A stretch of DNA of 64,000 bases, taken from IMG/VR virus record IMGVR_UViG_3300020477_000990, positions 1 through 64,000 of that record. One strand, written 5' to 3'. Within the stretch, counting starts at the first letter, position 1, and the number at the start of each line of letters is the position of its first letter. Position numbers and translations under genes: made by a program. Below the pieces are notes generated by a model, which saw nothing but the letters and a program-made list of their open reading frames with translations, did no database searches and had not been told where the DNA came from. This document shows, piece after piece, positions 27,739 through 38,306 of the stretch.

Positions 27739-28629
27739 ATGAGCGATTACTATAAAATTCTGGGTGTACAATCAACAGCTTCACAAGATGAAATAAAGAG
27801 GGCTTATAAAAAATTAGCCAGAGAACATCATCCTGATGTTAGTGGTGGAGATGGTAATAAATTTAAAGAAATAAGCGAAGCACATGATACATTAAAAGAT
27901 GCTCAAAAAAGACAGCAATATGATTTGCAACGTAAGTTTGGCGGCCAAGCTGGACAAGATGGATTTAGTTTTTCTACAGGTGACTTTGATGATATAGTAA
28001 TTAATATGAGTGGTGGCAATGGTTTTGAATCTATGTTTGAACAATTTTTTGGTCATCATCATCCAATGGGCAGAGGAAGAAGAACTTACAGGCAAAGACA
28101 AAGCCAACCAATGCGTAATCAAGACATTAGAATTAATTTAACAGTCTCGCTTGAAGACATTTATAAACAAGAAACAAAAGAGTTATTAGTTAAAACGCCA
28201 GATGGATCAAATAAAAGTGTAAAAGTTACAATTCCAGCAACAGCAGATGATGGAACGCAAATTAAATTTAGTGGATTAGGATCGTCAAAGCATAATAATT
28301 TAAGGCCAGGAGATCTTTATGTTGTATTGTCATTATATCCACATCCTAATTATACTAAAAAAGGTTATGATTTGTATACAACAATAGATGTAGATGTATT
28401 TGATGCATTGTTAGGAGTTGAAGTAATTATAAATCATTTTGCTGGAAAAGTAAAATTAAAAGTACCTGCATTGACTGAACCAGATAGTGTTATTAGGCTT
28501 AAAGGTAAAGGAATGCCAACAGCATCTGGTAGTTTTGGTAATTTATATATTAAATTAAATTATATAGTTCCAACTACATTAACTGATGAACAAAAATCAT
28601 TGTTAAATAAATTAAAGGAAAGTAAATAA
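27739..28629 (+). CDS. DnaJ/CbpA-type J-domain co-chaperone (no Zn finger)
   Basis: DYYKILGV...HPD, G/F region, GDLYV, RLKGKGMP. Confidence 0.92.
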   Translation: MSDYYKILGVQSTASQDEIKRAYKKLAREHHPDVSGGDGNKFKEISEAHDTLKDAQKRQQYDLQRKFGGQAGQDGFSFSTGDFDDIVINMSGGNGFESMFEQFFGHHHPMGRGRRTYRQRQSQPMRNQDIRINLTVSLEDIYKQETKELLVKTPDGSNKSVKVTIPATADDGTQIKFSGLGSSKHNNLRPGDLYVVLSLYPHPNYTKKGYDLYTTIDVDVFDALLGVEVIINHFAGKVKLKVPALTEPDSVIRLKGKGMPTASGSFGNLYIKLNYIVPTTLTDEQKSLLNKLKESK

Positions 28630-29126
28630 TGGAATTAGTTTATGCCCCATCAGAAATTTTAAAAACACCCACAATAAATGTTGACGAAGACATGGATAAT
28701 ATAGTACAATATGGTAAACAAATGTACGACTTAATGATGAAGAGTAATGGTGTTGGTTTAGCGGCACCACAGGTAGGAATTAACAAGAGCTTTTTTATAA
28801 TGGGCAGTAGAGAATCATATACAATAATAACAAACCCAAAAATTATAGAATCAAGTAAAGATTTAGTTAAAATGGAAGAAGGATGTTTAAGTTTTCCGGA
28901 TTTATACTTAAAAGTTCTGCGTCCAGATAATGTAACTGTAGAATATGTAAATACTATAGGGAAGAGAGTAACTGAAAAGTTAGAAAGTATGGTTTCTAGA
29001 ATATTTCAACATGAAACAGATCATACTAATGGTATAACTTATGACACTCGAGTTTCTAAACTAGCTTTAGACATTGCTACAAGGAAACGGAATAAACTTT
29101 GGAGAAAACATGGACGAGCAATTTGA
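28629..29126 (+). CDS. def: Peptide deformylase
   Basis: GVGLAAPQ, EGCLS, QHETDH. Confidence 0.95.
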   Translation: MELVYAPSEILKTPTINVDEDMDNIVQYGKQMYDLMMKSNGVGLAAPQVGINKSFFIMGSRESYTIITNPKIIESSKDLVKMEEGCLSFPDLYLKVLRPDNVTVEYVNTIGKRVTEKLESMVSRIFQHETDHTNGITYDTRVSKLALDIATRKRNKLWRKHGRAI

Positions 29127-31338
29127 CCCAATAGAACAAGTTCTTGATAGAGCAATGGAATATGCTTCTGAACGTAATCATGAATATGTTGTATTAGAAC
29201 ATTTATTATTATCATTGATGGAAGAGAAAGATATTCAAAACCTAATTAGTGAAATTGGTGGTGAAACTTCTGAAATTATGCACGAGTGTATGGCGTATTT
29301 AGATAATGCACTTGGAGATATCGTAGTTCAAACAGAAGAAGCACCTCGTAAGACATCAGCATTAGAAAGAGTATTTAATAGAGCAGTTACACAGGTTATA
29401 TTTTCAGGTAGAAAAAAACTTGGTATTAAAGATGTGTTTGTTAGTTTATTAAGTGAAAAGCAAAGTTATGCATTATTTTTTTTAAAAAAACATAAAGTAA
29501 GTAGACAGTCAGTTATTGAGCAATTAACTAAAGAAAGATATGGTGAAGAGCCAGGATTACAAGAACGTGGATTTCCAGGACAACCAGGATCAGGTCCACA
29601 AATCAATTTTGAAGATTTTTGTACAGATTTAAATAAAGAAGCAAAAGAAGGTCGTGTTGATGAGTTAATTGGTAGAACAGATGAAGTAGATGATATAGTT
29701 CATATATTAGCAAGGCGTAAAAAGAATAATGTTATTATTTGTGGTGAGCCTGGTGTAGGTAAAACAGCAATTGCTGAAGGACTTGCTAAAAAAATTATTA
29801 ATAAGCAAGTACCAGAAGTACTTAGAAATAGAATTGTTTATAGTTTAGATGTATCATCATTAGTAGCTGGTACTAAATTTAGAGGTGATTTTGAAGAACG
29901 TGCTAAAGTTGTATTAGATGAATTAAAAAAACGTAAAAATACTATTTTGTTTATCGATGAAATTCATCAAATTATGGGTGCAGGTTCGGCAGGACAATCT
30001 AATTTAGATTTTGGTACATTATTAAAACCTATATTAGCAAAAGGTAAATTATTGTGTATTGGTACAACAACATTTGAAGAATATAGAGAAAATTTTGAAA
30101 AAGATCGTGCTTTAATGAGACGTTTCCAAAGATTAGATTTAAACGAGCCTTCAAAAGAAGATACAAAATTAATTTTAAATGGAATTAAAGTTTATTATGA
30201 AAAATTCCATAAAACAAAATATGAACCTGGTACAATTGATTTAGCAGTTGATTTATCTGCTAGATTTATACATAATAAATTTTTACCAGATAAAGCAATT
30301 GATGTAATTGATGCCGCTGGAGCAAAAGCAAGATTATCTGACGCACCATCAGTTACAGTATCAATGATTGAAGAACAAGTTAGTAAAATTTCTAAAGTGC
30401 CTATGGATATTATTAATGAGAAAAAGACTGATAACTATGCTGGATTAGAAGGCAAAGTTAAAACAAAAGTATTTGGGCAAAATGAAGCAATTGAAAAGTT
30501 AGTTGATTCTATAATGATTGCTAAAGCAGGATTAAGACCATACAACAAACCAATTGGATCATACTTGTTTGTAGGTCCAACAGGAGTTGGTAAAACTGAA
30601 GTATGTAGACAACTTGCAGAGTCTTTAGGAATTAAATTATTAAAATATGATATGTCAGAATATCAAGAAAAACATTCTGTATCTAAACTAATTGGTGCTC
30701 CTCCGGGGTATGTAGGTTATGCAGAAGGTTCTATTGGATCAGGACAGTTAATTAATGATGTTGAAGACAATCCAAATTGTGTATTACTATTAGATGAAGT
30801 AGAAAAATCAGCACCAGAAGTATTACAAGTGTTATTACAAGTAATGGATGATGGTAAACTTACTTCGTCAACAGGTAAAATGGTAATGTTTAATAAAGTA
30901 ATTTTATGTTTAACATCTAACCTAGGTGCTGAAGCAAGTGAAAAAGCACCAATGGGTATTGGAGTAACTAGATCTGATAAACAAGATGATTATGTTAAAG
31001 ACTTTTTTGCACCTGAATTTAGAAATAGATTAGATGCAACAATTAAATTTAATAAATTAACAAAAACTGAAATTCTTAAAATTGTTAATAAAGTAAAAGA
31101 TGAAACTAATGTAATGTTAAAAGATAAAAAAGTTGTTATTGATTTAGATGCAAATGCTGTACAATGGGTTTGTGATAAAGGTTACAATCCGGCTATGGGT
31201 GCTAGACCAATGCAACGTATATTTGATCAAAATATTAAAAAGCCACTTGCTAAAGAAATATTATTTGGTAAATTAATTAATGGTGGTAATGTTTTAGTTA
31301 AAATTGTTAATGATAAAGTAGAGTTAGAGATAAAATAA
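29110..31338 (+). CDS. clpA: ATP-dependent Clp protease ATPase subunit ClpA
   Basis: ClpA N-domain; two AAA+ modules (GEPGVGKT, GPTGVGKT); no ClpB middle domain. Confidence 0.92.
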   Translation: MDEQFDPIEQVLDRAMEYASERNHEYVVLEHLLLSLMEEKDIQNLISEIGGETSEIMHECMAYLDNALGDIVVQTEEAPRKTSALERVFNRAVTQVIFSGRKKLGIKDVFVSLLSEKQSYALFFLKKHKVSRQSVIEQLTKERYGEEPGLQERGFPGQPGSGPQINFEDFCTDLNKEAKEGRVDELIGRTDEVDDIVHILARRKKNNVIICGEPGVGKTAIAEGLAKKIINKQVPEVLRNRIVYSLDVSSLVAGTKFRGDFEERAKVVLDELKKRKNTILFIDEIHQIMGAGSAGQSNLDFGTLLKPILAKGKLLCIGTTTFEEYRENFEKDRALMRRFQRLDLNEPSKEDTKLILNGIKVYYEKFHKTKYEPGTIDLAVDLSARFIHNKFLPDKAIDVIDAAGAKARLSDAPSVTVSMIEEQVSKISKVPMDIINEKKTDNYAGLEGKVKTKVFGQNEAIEKLVDSIMIAKAGLRPYNKPIGSYLFVGPTGVGKTEVCRQLAESLGIKLLKYDMSEYQEKHSVSKLIGAPPGYVGYAEGSIGSGQLINDVEDNPNCVLLLDEVEKSAPEVLQVLLQVMDDGKLTSSTGKMVMFNKVILCLTSNLGAEASEKAPMGIGVTRSDKQDDYVKDFFAPEFRNRLDATIKFNKLTKTEILKIVNKVKDETNVMLKDKKVVIDLDANAVQWVCDKGYNPAMGARPMQRIFDQNIKKPLAKEILFGKLINGGNVLVKIVNDKVELEIK

Positions 31339-31940
31339 TGCAATTTAAAAATACAACAAAACTATTTTATGGTGAATTTCCATATAAGTTAGTTTTGCAT
31401 CATCAAAATATTGATATTGATAATTGGTATACTCATATGAGAAAAACTTTAGAATGGTTGCGTAATTTACCAAAAGAAAATTATCGTGTAAGGCATATGA
31501 ATAGTATGCAATTATTTTTTAAATCAAGAAAAGATTTAATGCACGTATTAGATAATGATCATAGGTATGCAATTGAAGTGCATGAGCCAATTAATAAAAA
31601 GCATTATGAACATTTAATGGATAATCCTAATTGTATTACAAGAACAACTTTGTTTTGGAACAAATACAAATATAAAATTACATTTGATAATCATAAAAAC
31701 TTTTCACCTGAATGGTTTACTGGATTTTTTCAAGATCGTGAGCCAAGTAGATATAGATATGGATCTTCAATGGCAAAAATGATTAGAACAAAAGGACAAT
31801 ATGAATATTATTGGTGTAATCCAGTTTTATATCTTGCTAATAATGATGATGTAATGTTATGTAAATTAGCAATGAATGATAAAATTTTAAAAATAGAAAC
31901 AGCGATAACATTTGATGAATTTAAGGAGGATAAAAAATGA
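31338..31940 (+). CDS. Hypothetical protein
   Basis: TAATG coupling. Confidence 0.7.
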   Translation: MQFKNTTKLFYGEFPYKLVLHHQNIDIDNWYTHMRKTLEWLRNLPKENYRVRHMNSMQLFFKSRKDLMHVLDNDHRYAIEVHEPINKKHYEHLMDNPNCITRTTLFWNKYKYKITFDNHKNFSPEWFTGFFQDREPSRYRYGSSMAKMIRTKGQYEYYWCNPVLYLANNDDVMLCKLAMNDKILKIETAITFDEFKEDKK

Positions 31941-32046
31941 TCTCATTTTGGATATGGCATATTCTAGCGATTTGTACTGTAATAGCAGTATCATTTAGCA
32001 TAGGATATAGTGTAGGTAAAGCAACGAAAAAAGAAAGAAAAATAAA

Positions 32047-32358
32047 ATGGACAAACAACTCGGAGATACGTTAATTAAACGTAAAATAGTTTCTGTAGAT
32101 ACTGAAATTGAAGCCTGGTATAAAGCAAATGAATTTGGTGGTGGAACATTTGACCAAAAAGGCTTTTTTACTATAAATGAAATAGAGCAAAAAGACAATG
32201 GAGCAGTATGTTTCCATGCTAGATCTAATATTGATGGCAAATGGTATGATTTTAACTATAGCAATATAATTGCAATCGATGGCATGGAGCCAGAAAAACT
32301 AGCAAATGCGTATGGAATTAAACTTCCAAAGGTAAATAAAAATACTAACAAGAAATAA
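32047..32358 (+). CDS. Hypothetical protein
   Basis: IDGMEPEKLA motif. Confidence 0.65.
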   Translation: MDKQLGDTLIKRKIVSVDTEIEAWYKANEFGGGTFDQKGFFTINEIEQKDNGAVCFHARSNIDGKWYDFNYSNIIAIDGMEPEKLANAYGIKLPKVNKNTNKK

Positions 32359-32363
32359 GCATT

Positions 32364-33392
32364 ATGAAAAACAATGTAGCTATCATCGGTAATGGTAAAA
32401 TTGGCAGAGTCATCGCCAGTTTATTAAAATCAGAGTATTTCAATGTAACTATAGCAGATCAAGAACCACAAGGCGGAGCAGTATTGCTTGATGCCACAGA
32501 TCAAAAAGCACTTGAACATTTTATACAAGGTAAAGATGTTGTAGTATCAGCGGCACCATATTTTTTAAATAAAAAAATAGCCTTAGTTGCTTCTGAAATG
32601 GGAGTAGCATATTTTGATTTAACAGAAGATATTGATGTAACAAGTTATATTCAAAGTTTAAACACAAAAACATTCATGATGCCACAATGTGGGTTGGCGC
32701 CTGGAGCAGTTAATATTATAGGTTCTAATCTAATAAAAGAATTTGATGAAGTGCATGATGTTCAAATGAGAGTAGGAGCATTACCGCGATATCCATCAAA
32801 CGAAATGAGTTATTATTTAACTTGGTCTACAAATGGTTTAATAAATGAGTATTGTAATTTGTGTGATGCTATAGTAGATGGCCAAAAATTAGAAATTCCA
32901 CCATTAACAGGTGTAGAAAGAATTTATATTGATGGTAGAAAATACGAAGCATTTAATACTTCAGGTGGAGTAGCAACAATGTGTGAAACATTTGATGGCA
33001 AAGTACAAAATTTAAGTTATAAAACTATTAGGTATCCTGGACATAGAGACAGGATGAATTTTTTATTACAAGATTTAGGATTAAAAAGAAATAGAGATAA
33101 AATTGCAGACCTTTTTGATCAACAAGTTCCATATACAACAGAAGATGTCATCGTTATGCTAGTTAAAGTAATTGGAGTAGCTAACGGAAAACTAATCGAA
33201 CGTTCATATCAAAAAAGTATTTTTGGACAAGATGGAATGAGTGCAATTCAGAGGTCGACAGCGTCAGGAGTTTGTGCTATAGTGTTAGCTTATTGTAGAG
33301 ATGAAATAACAGGTGAAGGTTTCATTAAACAAGAAGACATTAATTGGGATACATTTATTAACAACAAATTCGGACAAGTATATAGCAAATGA
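32364..33392 (+). CDS. Saccharopine/lysine-6-dehydrogenase family protein
   Basis: IIGNGKIG, YFDLTED, CGLAPG, YKTIRYPGH. Confidence 0.87.
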   Translation: MKNNVAIIGNGKIGRVIASLLKSEYFNVTIADQEPQGGAVLLDATDQKALEHFIQGKDVVVSAAPYFLNKKIALVASEMGVAYFDLTEDIDVTSYIQSLNTKTFMMPQCGLAPGAVNIIGSNLIKEFDEVHDVQMRVGALPRYPSNEMSYYLTWSTNGLINEYCNLCDAIVDGQKLEIPPLTGVERIYIDGRKYEAFNTSGGVATMCETFDGKVQNLSYKTIRYPGHRDRMNFLLQDLGLKRNRDKIADLFDQQVPYTTEDVIVMLVKVIGVANGKLIERSYQKSIFGQDGMSAIQRSTASGVCAIVLAYCRDEITGEGFIKQEDINWDTFINNKFGQVYSK

Positions 33393-36109
33393 GTTATGTA
33401 GACGCTTACCTAAATAGAGACAAAGATACTATTAATATTGTTGAAAGAATAGATGGCAAAAGGGTATATAAAAGTTATCCTACTTGCTATAGATTTTATC
33501 ATGACGACAAAGATGGAACATATACATCAATATATGGTAGGTCATTAAGTAAATTTGAAACAGCAAATAGTAGAACATTTCAAAAAGAAAAGAAATTATT
33601 TGATGGGCAAAGGTTATATGAATCAGACCTAAATCCTGTGTTTAGATGTTTAGAAGAAAATTATCTTGATAAAGAAGCACCGGATCTTCATATAGCATTA
33701 TTTGATATTGAGGTTGACTTTGATAAAGATCGTGGATTTGCTAAACCAGATGATCCACATCAACGTATTACAGCAGTTACACTACATTTAAGTTGGTTAG
33801 ATAGTTTAATTACATTATGTCTTGCTCCAAAAGATATGCCTTTTGAAATGGCAGACCAAATTGCTAAAAAGTTTGAGAATACTGTATTGTGTGAAACTGA
33901 ATCACAATTACTAAACACTTTTTTACATTTAATTGAAGATGCTGATATATTGAGTGGTTGGAATAGTGAGGGTTTTGATATTCCATATCTTGTAAACAGA
34001 ACTGAAATGATATTAAGTAAAGATGATGTTAGACGTTTTAGTTTATGGGATTTGTATCCACGTGAAAGAATGTTTACAAAGTTTGGTGTAGAACAGCAAA
34101 CATATGATTTCTTTGGCAGAGTTCATTTAGATTATTTAGAATTATATAGAAAATATACATATCATGAAATGCATAGTTATAGATTAGATGCAATTGGTGA
34201 ATATGAAATTAGTGAAAAGAAAATACCATATGAAGGAACATTAGATCAGTTATATAATGAAGATTTTGAAAAGTTTATTGCATATAACAGACAAGACGTT
34301 GCACTATTGGCAAAACTTAATAAAAAATTAAAGTTCATTGACTTGTCAAATGTACTAGCACACGCAAATACTGTTTTATTGCAGACTACAATGGGTGCAG
34401 TTGCAGTTACAGAACAAGCAATTGTAAATGAAGCACATAAAAGAAATTTAATTATTCCTGATAGAAAATATCGTAAGCCACATTCAACAGATGCGGCAGT
34501 TGGTGCCTATGTAGCAAAACCTAAGAAAGGATTGCATGATTGGATAGGAGCAATTGATATTAATTCACTATATCCAAGTGTTATTAGAAGTTTAAATATG
34601 GGTCCAGAAACTATTATTGGGCAGTTACGACCAACACATACAGAAAAATACATTAATGATAAAATTTATAATGAAAAGAAATCACCAGCAGATGCTTGGG
34701 AAGGATTATTTGGTACATTAGAATATACCGCAGTTACAGAACAAGATAGAGGTACAAATATTATTGTTGATTTTGAAGATGGTACTACCGAAGAAATGAG
34801 TGGTGCTGAATTGTATGCAGTAATATTTCAACAAAATACAGATTGGTGTTTGTCAGCAAATGGTACAATTTTTAATACACAAGAAAAAGCAATTATTCCT
34901 GGATTATTAGAACATTGGTTTGCAGAAAGAAAAGTGTTACAAGGCAAAATGAAAGAAGCAATTGAAAAAGGTGATTCAGATGAAATAGCATTTTGGGATA
35001 AGCGTCAATTAGTTAAAAAGATTAATTTAAATTCATTATATGGTGCAATATTAAATCCAGGTTGTAGGTTTTTTGATCATCGTATTGGGCAATCAGTTAC
35101 ATTAACTGGTAGAACAATTACAAAACACATGGCTTCAATTACAAATGAAATTATAGCAGGTGAATATGATCATAGAGGTAAAGCAATTGTATATGGTGAT
35201 ACAGATTCAGTTTACTTTAGTGCGTACTCAATGGTTAAAGAAGATGTTAAAAGTGGTAGGTTACCATGGGATAAAGAAGCAGTAATAGAATTATATGATA
35301 ATGTAGCAAATGAAGTTAATAAATCATTTCCAGCATTTATGAAAAAAGCAACAAATGTTCCAATTAAAAATGGTGAAATAATTGTTGGTGGTAGAGAAAT
35401 GGTTGCATCAAAAGGATTGTTTATTACAAAGAAAAGATATGCAGTTCTTATATATGATTTAGAAGGACATAGACAAGATGTTGATAATCCAGGTAAACTT
35501 AAAGCAATGGGTCTTGATTTAAAAAGATCTGATACACCTGAGTTTGTACAAAACTTTTTGTCAAAAATTTTAATTGAAATTTTAACAGGCAAAGATAAAA
35601 AAGAAATATTATCCGGCATACAAGAATTTAAAAGAAAGTTTGGTGAAAGACCTGGTTGGGAAAAAGGTACACCAAAACGTGTAAACAATTTAACAAAGTA
35701 TGTTGATGAACTTGAACGTTATAGTAAGCATACAGCGAGAGTAGGATATATTAATGGCAATGGCAATGGTAAACTTAAAAAACCAGCATTACCTGGTCAT
35801 GTAAGAGCAAGTATTAATTGGAATAAAATGCGTGAAGCATATAGAGATTTGTATTCGTTGCCAATTATGGACGGACAAAAAGTTATTGTATGTAAATTAA
35901 AATCAAATCCAATGAATTATACATCAATTGCATATCCAATTGATGAATTAAATATTCCAAAATGGTTTAAAGAATTACCTTTTGATCATGAAGCAATGGA
36001 ACAAGCAATAATTGATCAAAAAGTTAGTAATTTAATGAGTGGGTTAGGATGGGATTTAGAGTCAACTAAAAAGTCAGCAGTATTTGATTCTTTATTTGAA
36101 ATGGTATAA
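33389..36109 (+). CDS. Family B DNA polymerase
   Basis: Exo DIE, GWNSEGFD; Pol DINSLYPS, KINLNSLYG, YGDTDS, KKRY. Confidence 0.96.
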   Translation: MSYVDAYLNRDKDTINIVERIDGKRVYKSYPTCYRFYHDDKDGTYTSIYGRSLSKFETANSRTFQKEKKLFDGQRLYESDLNPVFRCLEENYLDKEAPDLHIALFDIEVDFDKDRGFAKPDDPHQRITAVTLHLSWLDSLITLCLAPKDMPFEMADQIAKKFENTVLCETESQLLNTFLHLIEDADILSGWNSEGFDIPYLVNRTEMILSKDDVRRFSLWDLYPRERMFTKFGVEQQTYDFFGRVHLDYLELYRKYTYHEMHSYRLDAIGEYEISEKKIPYEGTLDQLYNEDFEKFIAYNRQDVALLAKLNKKLKFIDLSNVLAHANTVLLQTTMGAVAVTEQAIVNEAHKRNLIIPDRKYRKPHSTDAAVGAYVAKPKKGLHDWIGAIDINSLYPSVIRSLNMGPETIIGQLRPTHTEKYINDKIYNEKKSPADAWEGLFGTLEYTAVTEQDRGTNIIVDFEDGTTEEMSGAELYAVIFQQNTDWCLSANGTIFNTQEKAIIPGLLEHWFAERKVLQGKMKEAIEKGDSDEIAFWDKRQLVKKINLNSLYGAILNPGCRFFDHRIGQSVTLTGRTITKHMASITNEIIAGEYDHRGKAIVYGDTDSVYFSAYSMVKEDVKSGRLPWDKEAVIELYDNVANEVNKSFPAFMKKATNVPIKNGEIIVGGREMVASKGLFITKKRYAVLIYDLEGHRQDVDNPGKLKAMGLDLKRSDTPEFVQNFLSKILIEILTGKDKKEILSGIQEFKRKFGERPGWEKGTPKRVNNLTKYVDELERYSKHTARVGYINGNGNGKLKKPALPGHVRASINWNKMREAYRDLYSLPIMDGQKVIVCKLKSNPMNYTSIAYPIDELNIPKWFKELPFDHEAMEQAIIDQKVSNLMSGLGWDLESTKKSAVFDSLFEMV

Positions 36110-36193
36110 AATGATAAGATTAATTCTTTGGATTATGTTATTAGGAACTTGGAGTTTTGTAATATTAGCAAGTGTAAAAGGTGTATCAGGATT

Positions 36194-36445
36194 ATGAAAA
36201 CAGCAATAGTAATAACAATATTATTTTTTATGTTCGTTTTTGGTTTGCCTATGATGGCAATGTTGAATACAGCACATATTATTACTGGCCAAAGTAATGT
36301 AGAACAAGTTTTAAAAGATATAGAGCAGAAAAAACTTAAATTAAAAATGGCTCATGAAAAGCAATTAGCAATAAACATGGAGGCACTTCATAATGGAACT
36401 TATAAACCAAGGCCTTGGAAAGGTTTGCAAATAGATACACAATGA
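36194..36445 (+). CDS. Membrane-anchored hypothetical protein
   Basis: N-terminal TM. Confidence 0.55.
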   Translation: MKTAIVITILFFMFVFGLPMMAMLNTAHIITGQSNVEQVLKDIEQKKLKLKMAHEKQLAINMEALHNGTYKPRPWKGLQIDTQ

Positions 36446-36705
36446 AAATACTTAGAATTATATTATGGCCTTTTAAGATGTTGTCAAACATATTATCTGC
36501 AAATTACTGGGCAAACAAAATAGCCGATAAAACCAATATGCATGAAAAGGTAAAAGGTAGTAGATTTAATAGATGGCAGAATAGTCTACCTCAACCATAT
36601 AGATTTATATTCAAAACATCTATGTTGATAATATGTATCTACCTTATTGAGATGTATTTTAATCTAGTAGGTATGTCAATGTTGCCATGGAGATGGGATT
36701 GGTAA
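36442..36705 (+). CDS. Membrane hypothetical protein
   Basis: ATGA overlap; hydrophobic C-terminus. Confidence 0.6.
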   Translation: MKILRIILWPFKMLSNILSANYWANKIADKTNMHEKVKGSRFNRWQNSLPQPYRFIFKTSMLIICIYLIEMYFNLVGMSMLPWRWDW

Positions 36706-37484
36706 TGAAAATAATTGTAACAGGTAGCACAGGATTTATTGGAAAGCATTTAGTTAAAAAATTAAATGAAGATGGCCATGATATTATACAATGGGATAGA
36801 TCACATGGTTGGGATATTGCTGATTTTACAGCAGATAAAGTACAATTTGATGTAGACTTTGTAATACACTTGGCCGCAATAGCAGATGTTAGACGTAGTT
36901 TAAAAGAACCAGAATTATATTGGAAAACTAATGTAGAATATAGTAAAAAGATTTTTGATCTTTGTTATAAAAATAATATTCCAGTTGTATATGCATCAAG
37001 TTCTTGCGTACACGCATGGTGGAAGTCGCCATATGGTACAAGTAAAAAAGCAATGGAGGCAATAGCACATCCAGGGCAAATTGGATTAAGATTTACTACT
37101 GTTTTTGGTGAAGGTGCTAGAGATACTATGCTTATGTCAAGAATACGTAATGGAACAGTTAAGTTTGCTACAGAACATATTAGAGATTTAATTTTTGTAG
37201 AAGATATAGTGTCAGCAATTATGATATTTGTTAATACCGGAACTAAAAATAAAAATACAACGTATGAAGTAGGAACTGGCCAAGGAACAAAAGTATCAGA
37301 TATAGTAAAACACGCAGGATATAATGTTCCTACACAAGAAGGCCAAGATGCAGAAGCTGATGATAATACAGCAAATAATTCAGAGTTAAGAAAATTAGGT
37401 TGGAAGCCAACATTAACAGCAAAAGAGTGGATAGATATTAGGATTGCCGTAGATTATACAAATAGATTAGGTGAACCAAAATAA
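36705..37484 (+). CDS. NAD-dependent epimerase/dehydratase (extended SDR)
   Basis: TGSTGFIG, HLAA, ASSS, YGTSK. Confidence 0.9.
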   Translation: MKIIVTGSTGFIGKHLVKKLNEDGHDIIQWDRSHGWDIADFTADKVQFDVDFVIHLAAIADVRRSLKEPELYWKTNVEYSKKIFDLCYKNNIPVVYASSSCVHAWWKSPYGTSKKAMEAIAHPGQIGLRFTTVFGEGARDTMLMSRIRNGTVKFATEHIRDLIFVEDIVSAIMIFVNTGTKNKNTTYEVGTGQGTKVSDIVKHAGYNVPTQEGQDAEADDNTANNSELRKLGWKPTLTAKEWIDIRIAVDYTNRLGEPK

Positions 37485-37497
37485 ATTAAAAAGTGTA

Positions 37498-37526
37498 TTG
37501 ACATCAATAACTAAAAATGCTATTAT
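37498..37526 (+). promoter_or_regulatory. Sigma70-type promoter
   Basis: TTGACA-N17-TATTAT with extended -10 TG. Confidence 0.7.
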
Positions 37527-37562
37527 AAAAACAATAAAACAAACGTCGGAGGCGAAATATTT

Positions 37563-38306
37563 ATGTTAAGAGATGTATTATTAGACATTGTGAAGCATAC
37601 TCATTCATTGGGGTTTATTCAAGCAGTTAAAATTGAAAATACCGATGAAGGAACTATGGTTGAAGCAATGGATGAAGAAAGAACAGTTGTTCTAAAAGGT
37701 AAATTGAACAACAAATTAAACGAAGTACCTGGCTTGGTTGGAATGGGTAGACTTGGTGTATTATCAGGTTATTTAAATTACGAAGCATATGGTAAAGAAG
37801 GTGCAAACATTGAAGTTGTAACTGCATCAAGAGATGGTAAAGATGTTGCAGAAGAAATGAAGTTTACATCACCAGGTGGATATACTGCAAATTATAGATT
37901 TATGGTAAGTTCATTAATTGAAGAACAACTTAAAACTATTAAGTTTAAAGGTGTTAGTTGGGATGTTAGTATACAGCCAACAGCACAAAATTTAAAAGAC
38001 CTTTCATACTTCAATGGTATTATGGGTGGGTTTGAACCTACATTTGTTGCAAAAACAGATGGTACTACATTAAAATTTTATATTGGTGATGGTGCTAATG
38101 ATAGAGTTGAAATACCATTTGCTACAAACGTTGAAGGTAAACTTACAAAAGGTTGGGCTTGGCCATTAGCACAGGTATTAAGTATTTTAAAATTAAGTGA
38201 TACTTCAAAGGCTACTATGGGTTTCAGTGATCAAGGAGCAATGCAAATTGAAATTGATTCTGGAATAGGCAAATACGAATATATACTTCCTGCACGGAGC
38301 CAATAG
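37563..38306 (+). CDS. Probable sliding clamp (gp45/PCNA-like)
   Basis: ~250 aa, C-terminal YEYILPA, context with PolB and clamp loader; inferred. Confidence 0.6.
   Translation: MLRDVLLDIVKHTHSLGFIQAVKIENTDEGTMVEAMDEERTVVLKGKLNNKLNEVPGLVGMGRLGVLSGYLNYEAYGKEGANIEVVTASRDGKDVAEEMKFTSPGGYTANYRFMVSSLIEEQLKTIKFKGVSWDVSIQPTAQNLKDLSYFNGIMGGFEPTFVAKTDGTTLKFYIGDGANDRVEIPFATNVEGKLTKGWAWPLAQVLSILKLSDTSKATMGFSDQGAMQIEIDSGIGKYEYILPARSQ

Noticed and set aside
33389-36109. Intein or intron in the polymerase
   Set aside because: ORF is continuous at normal length with no splice motifs
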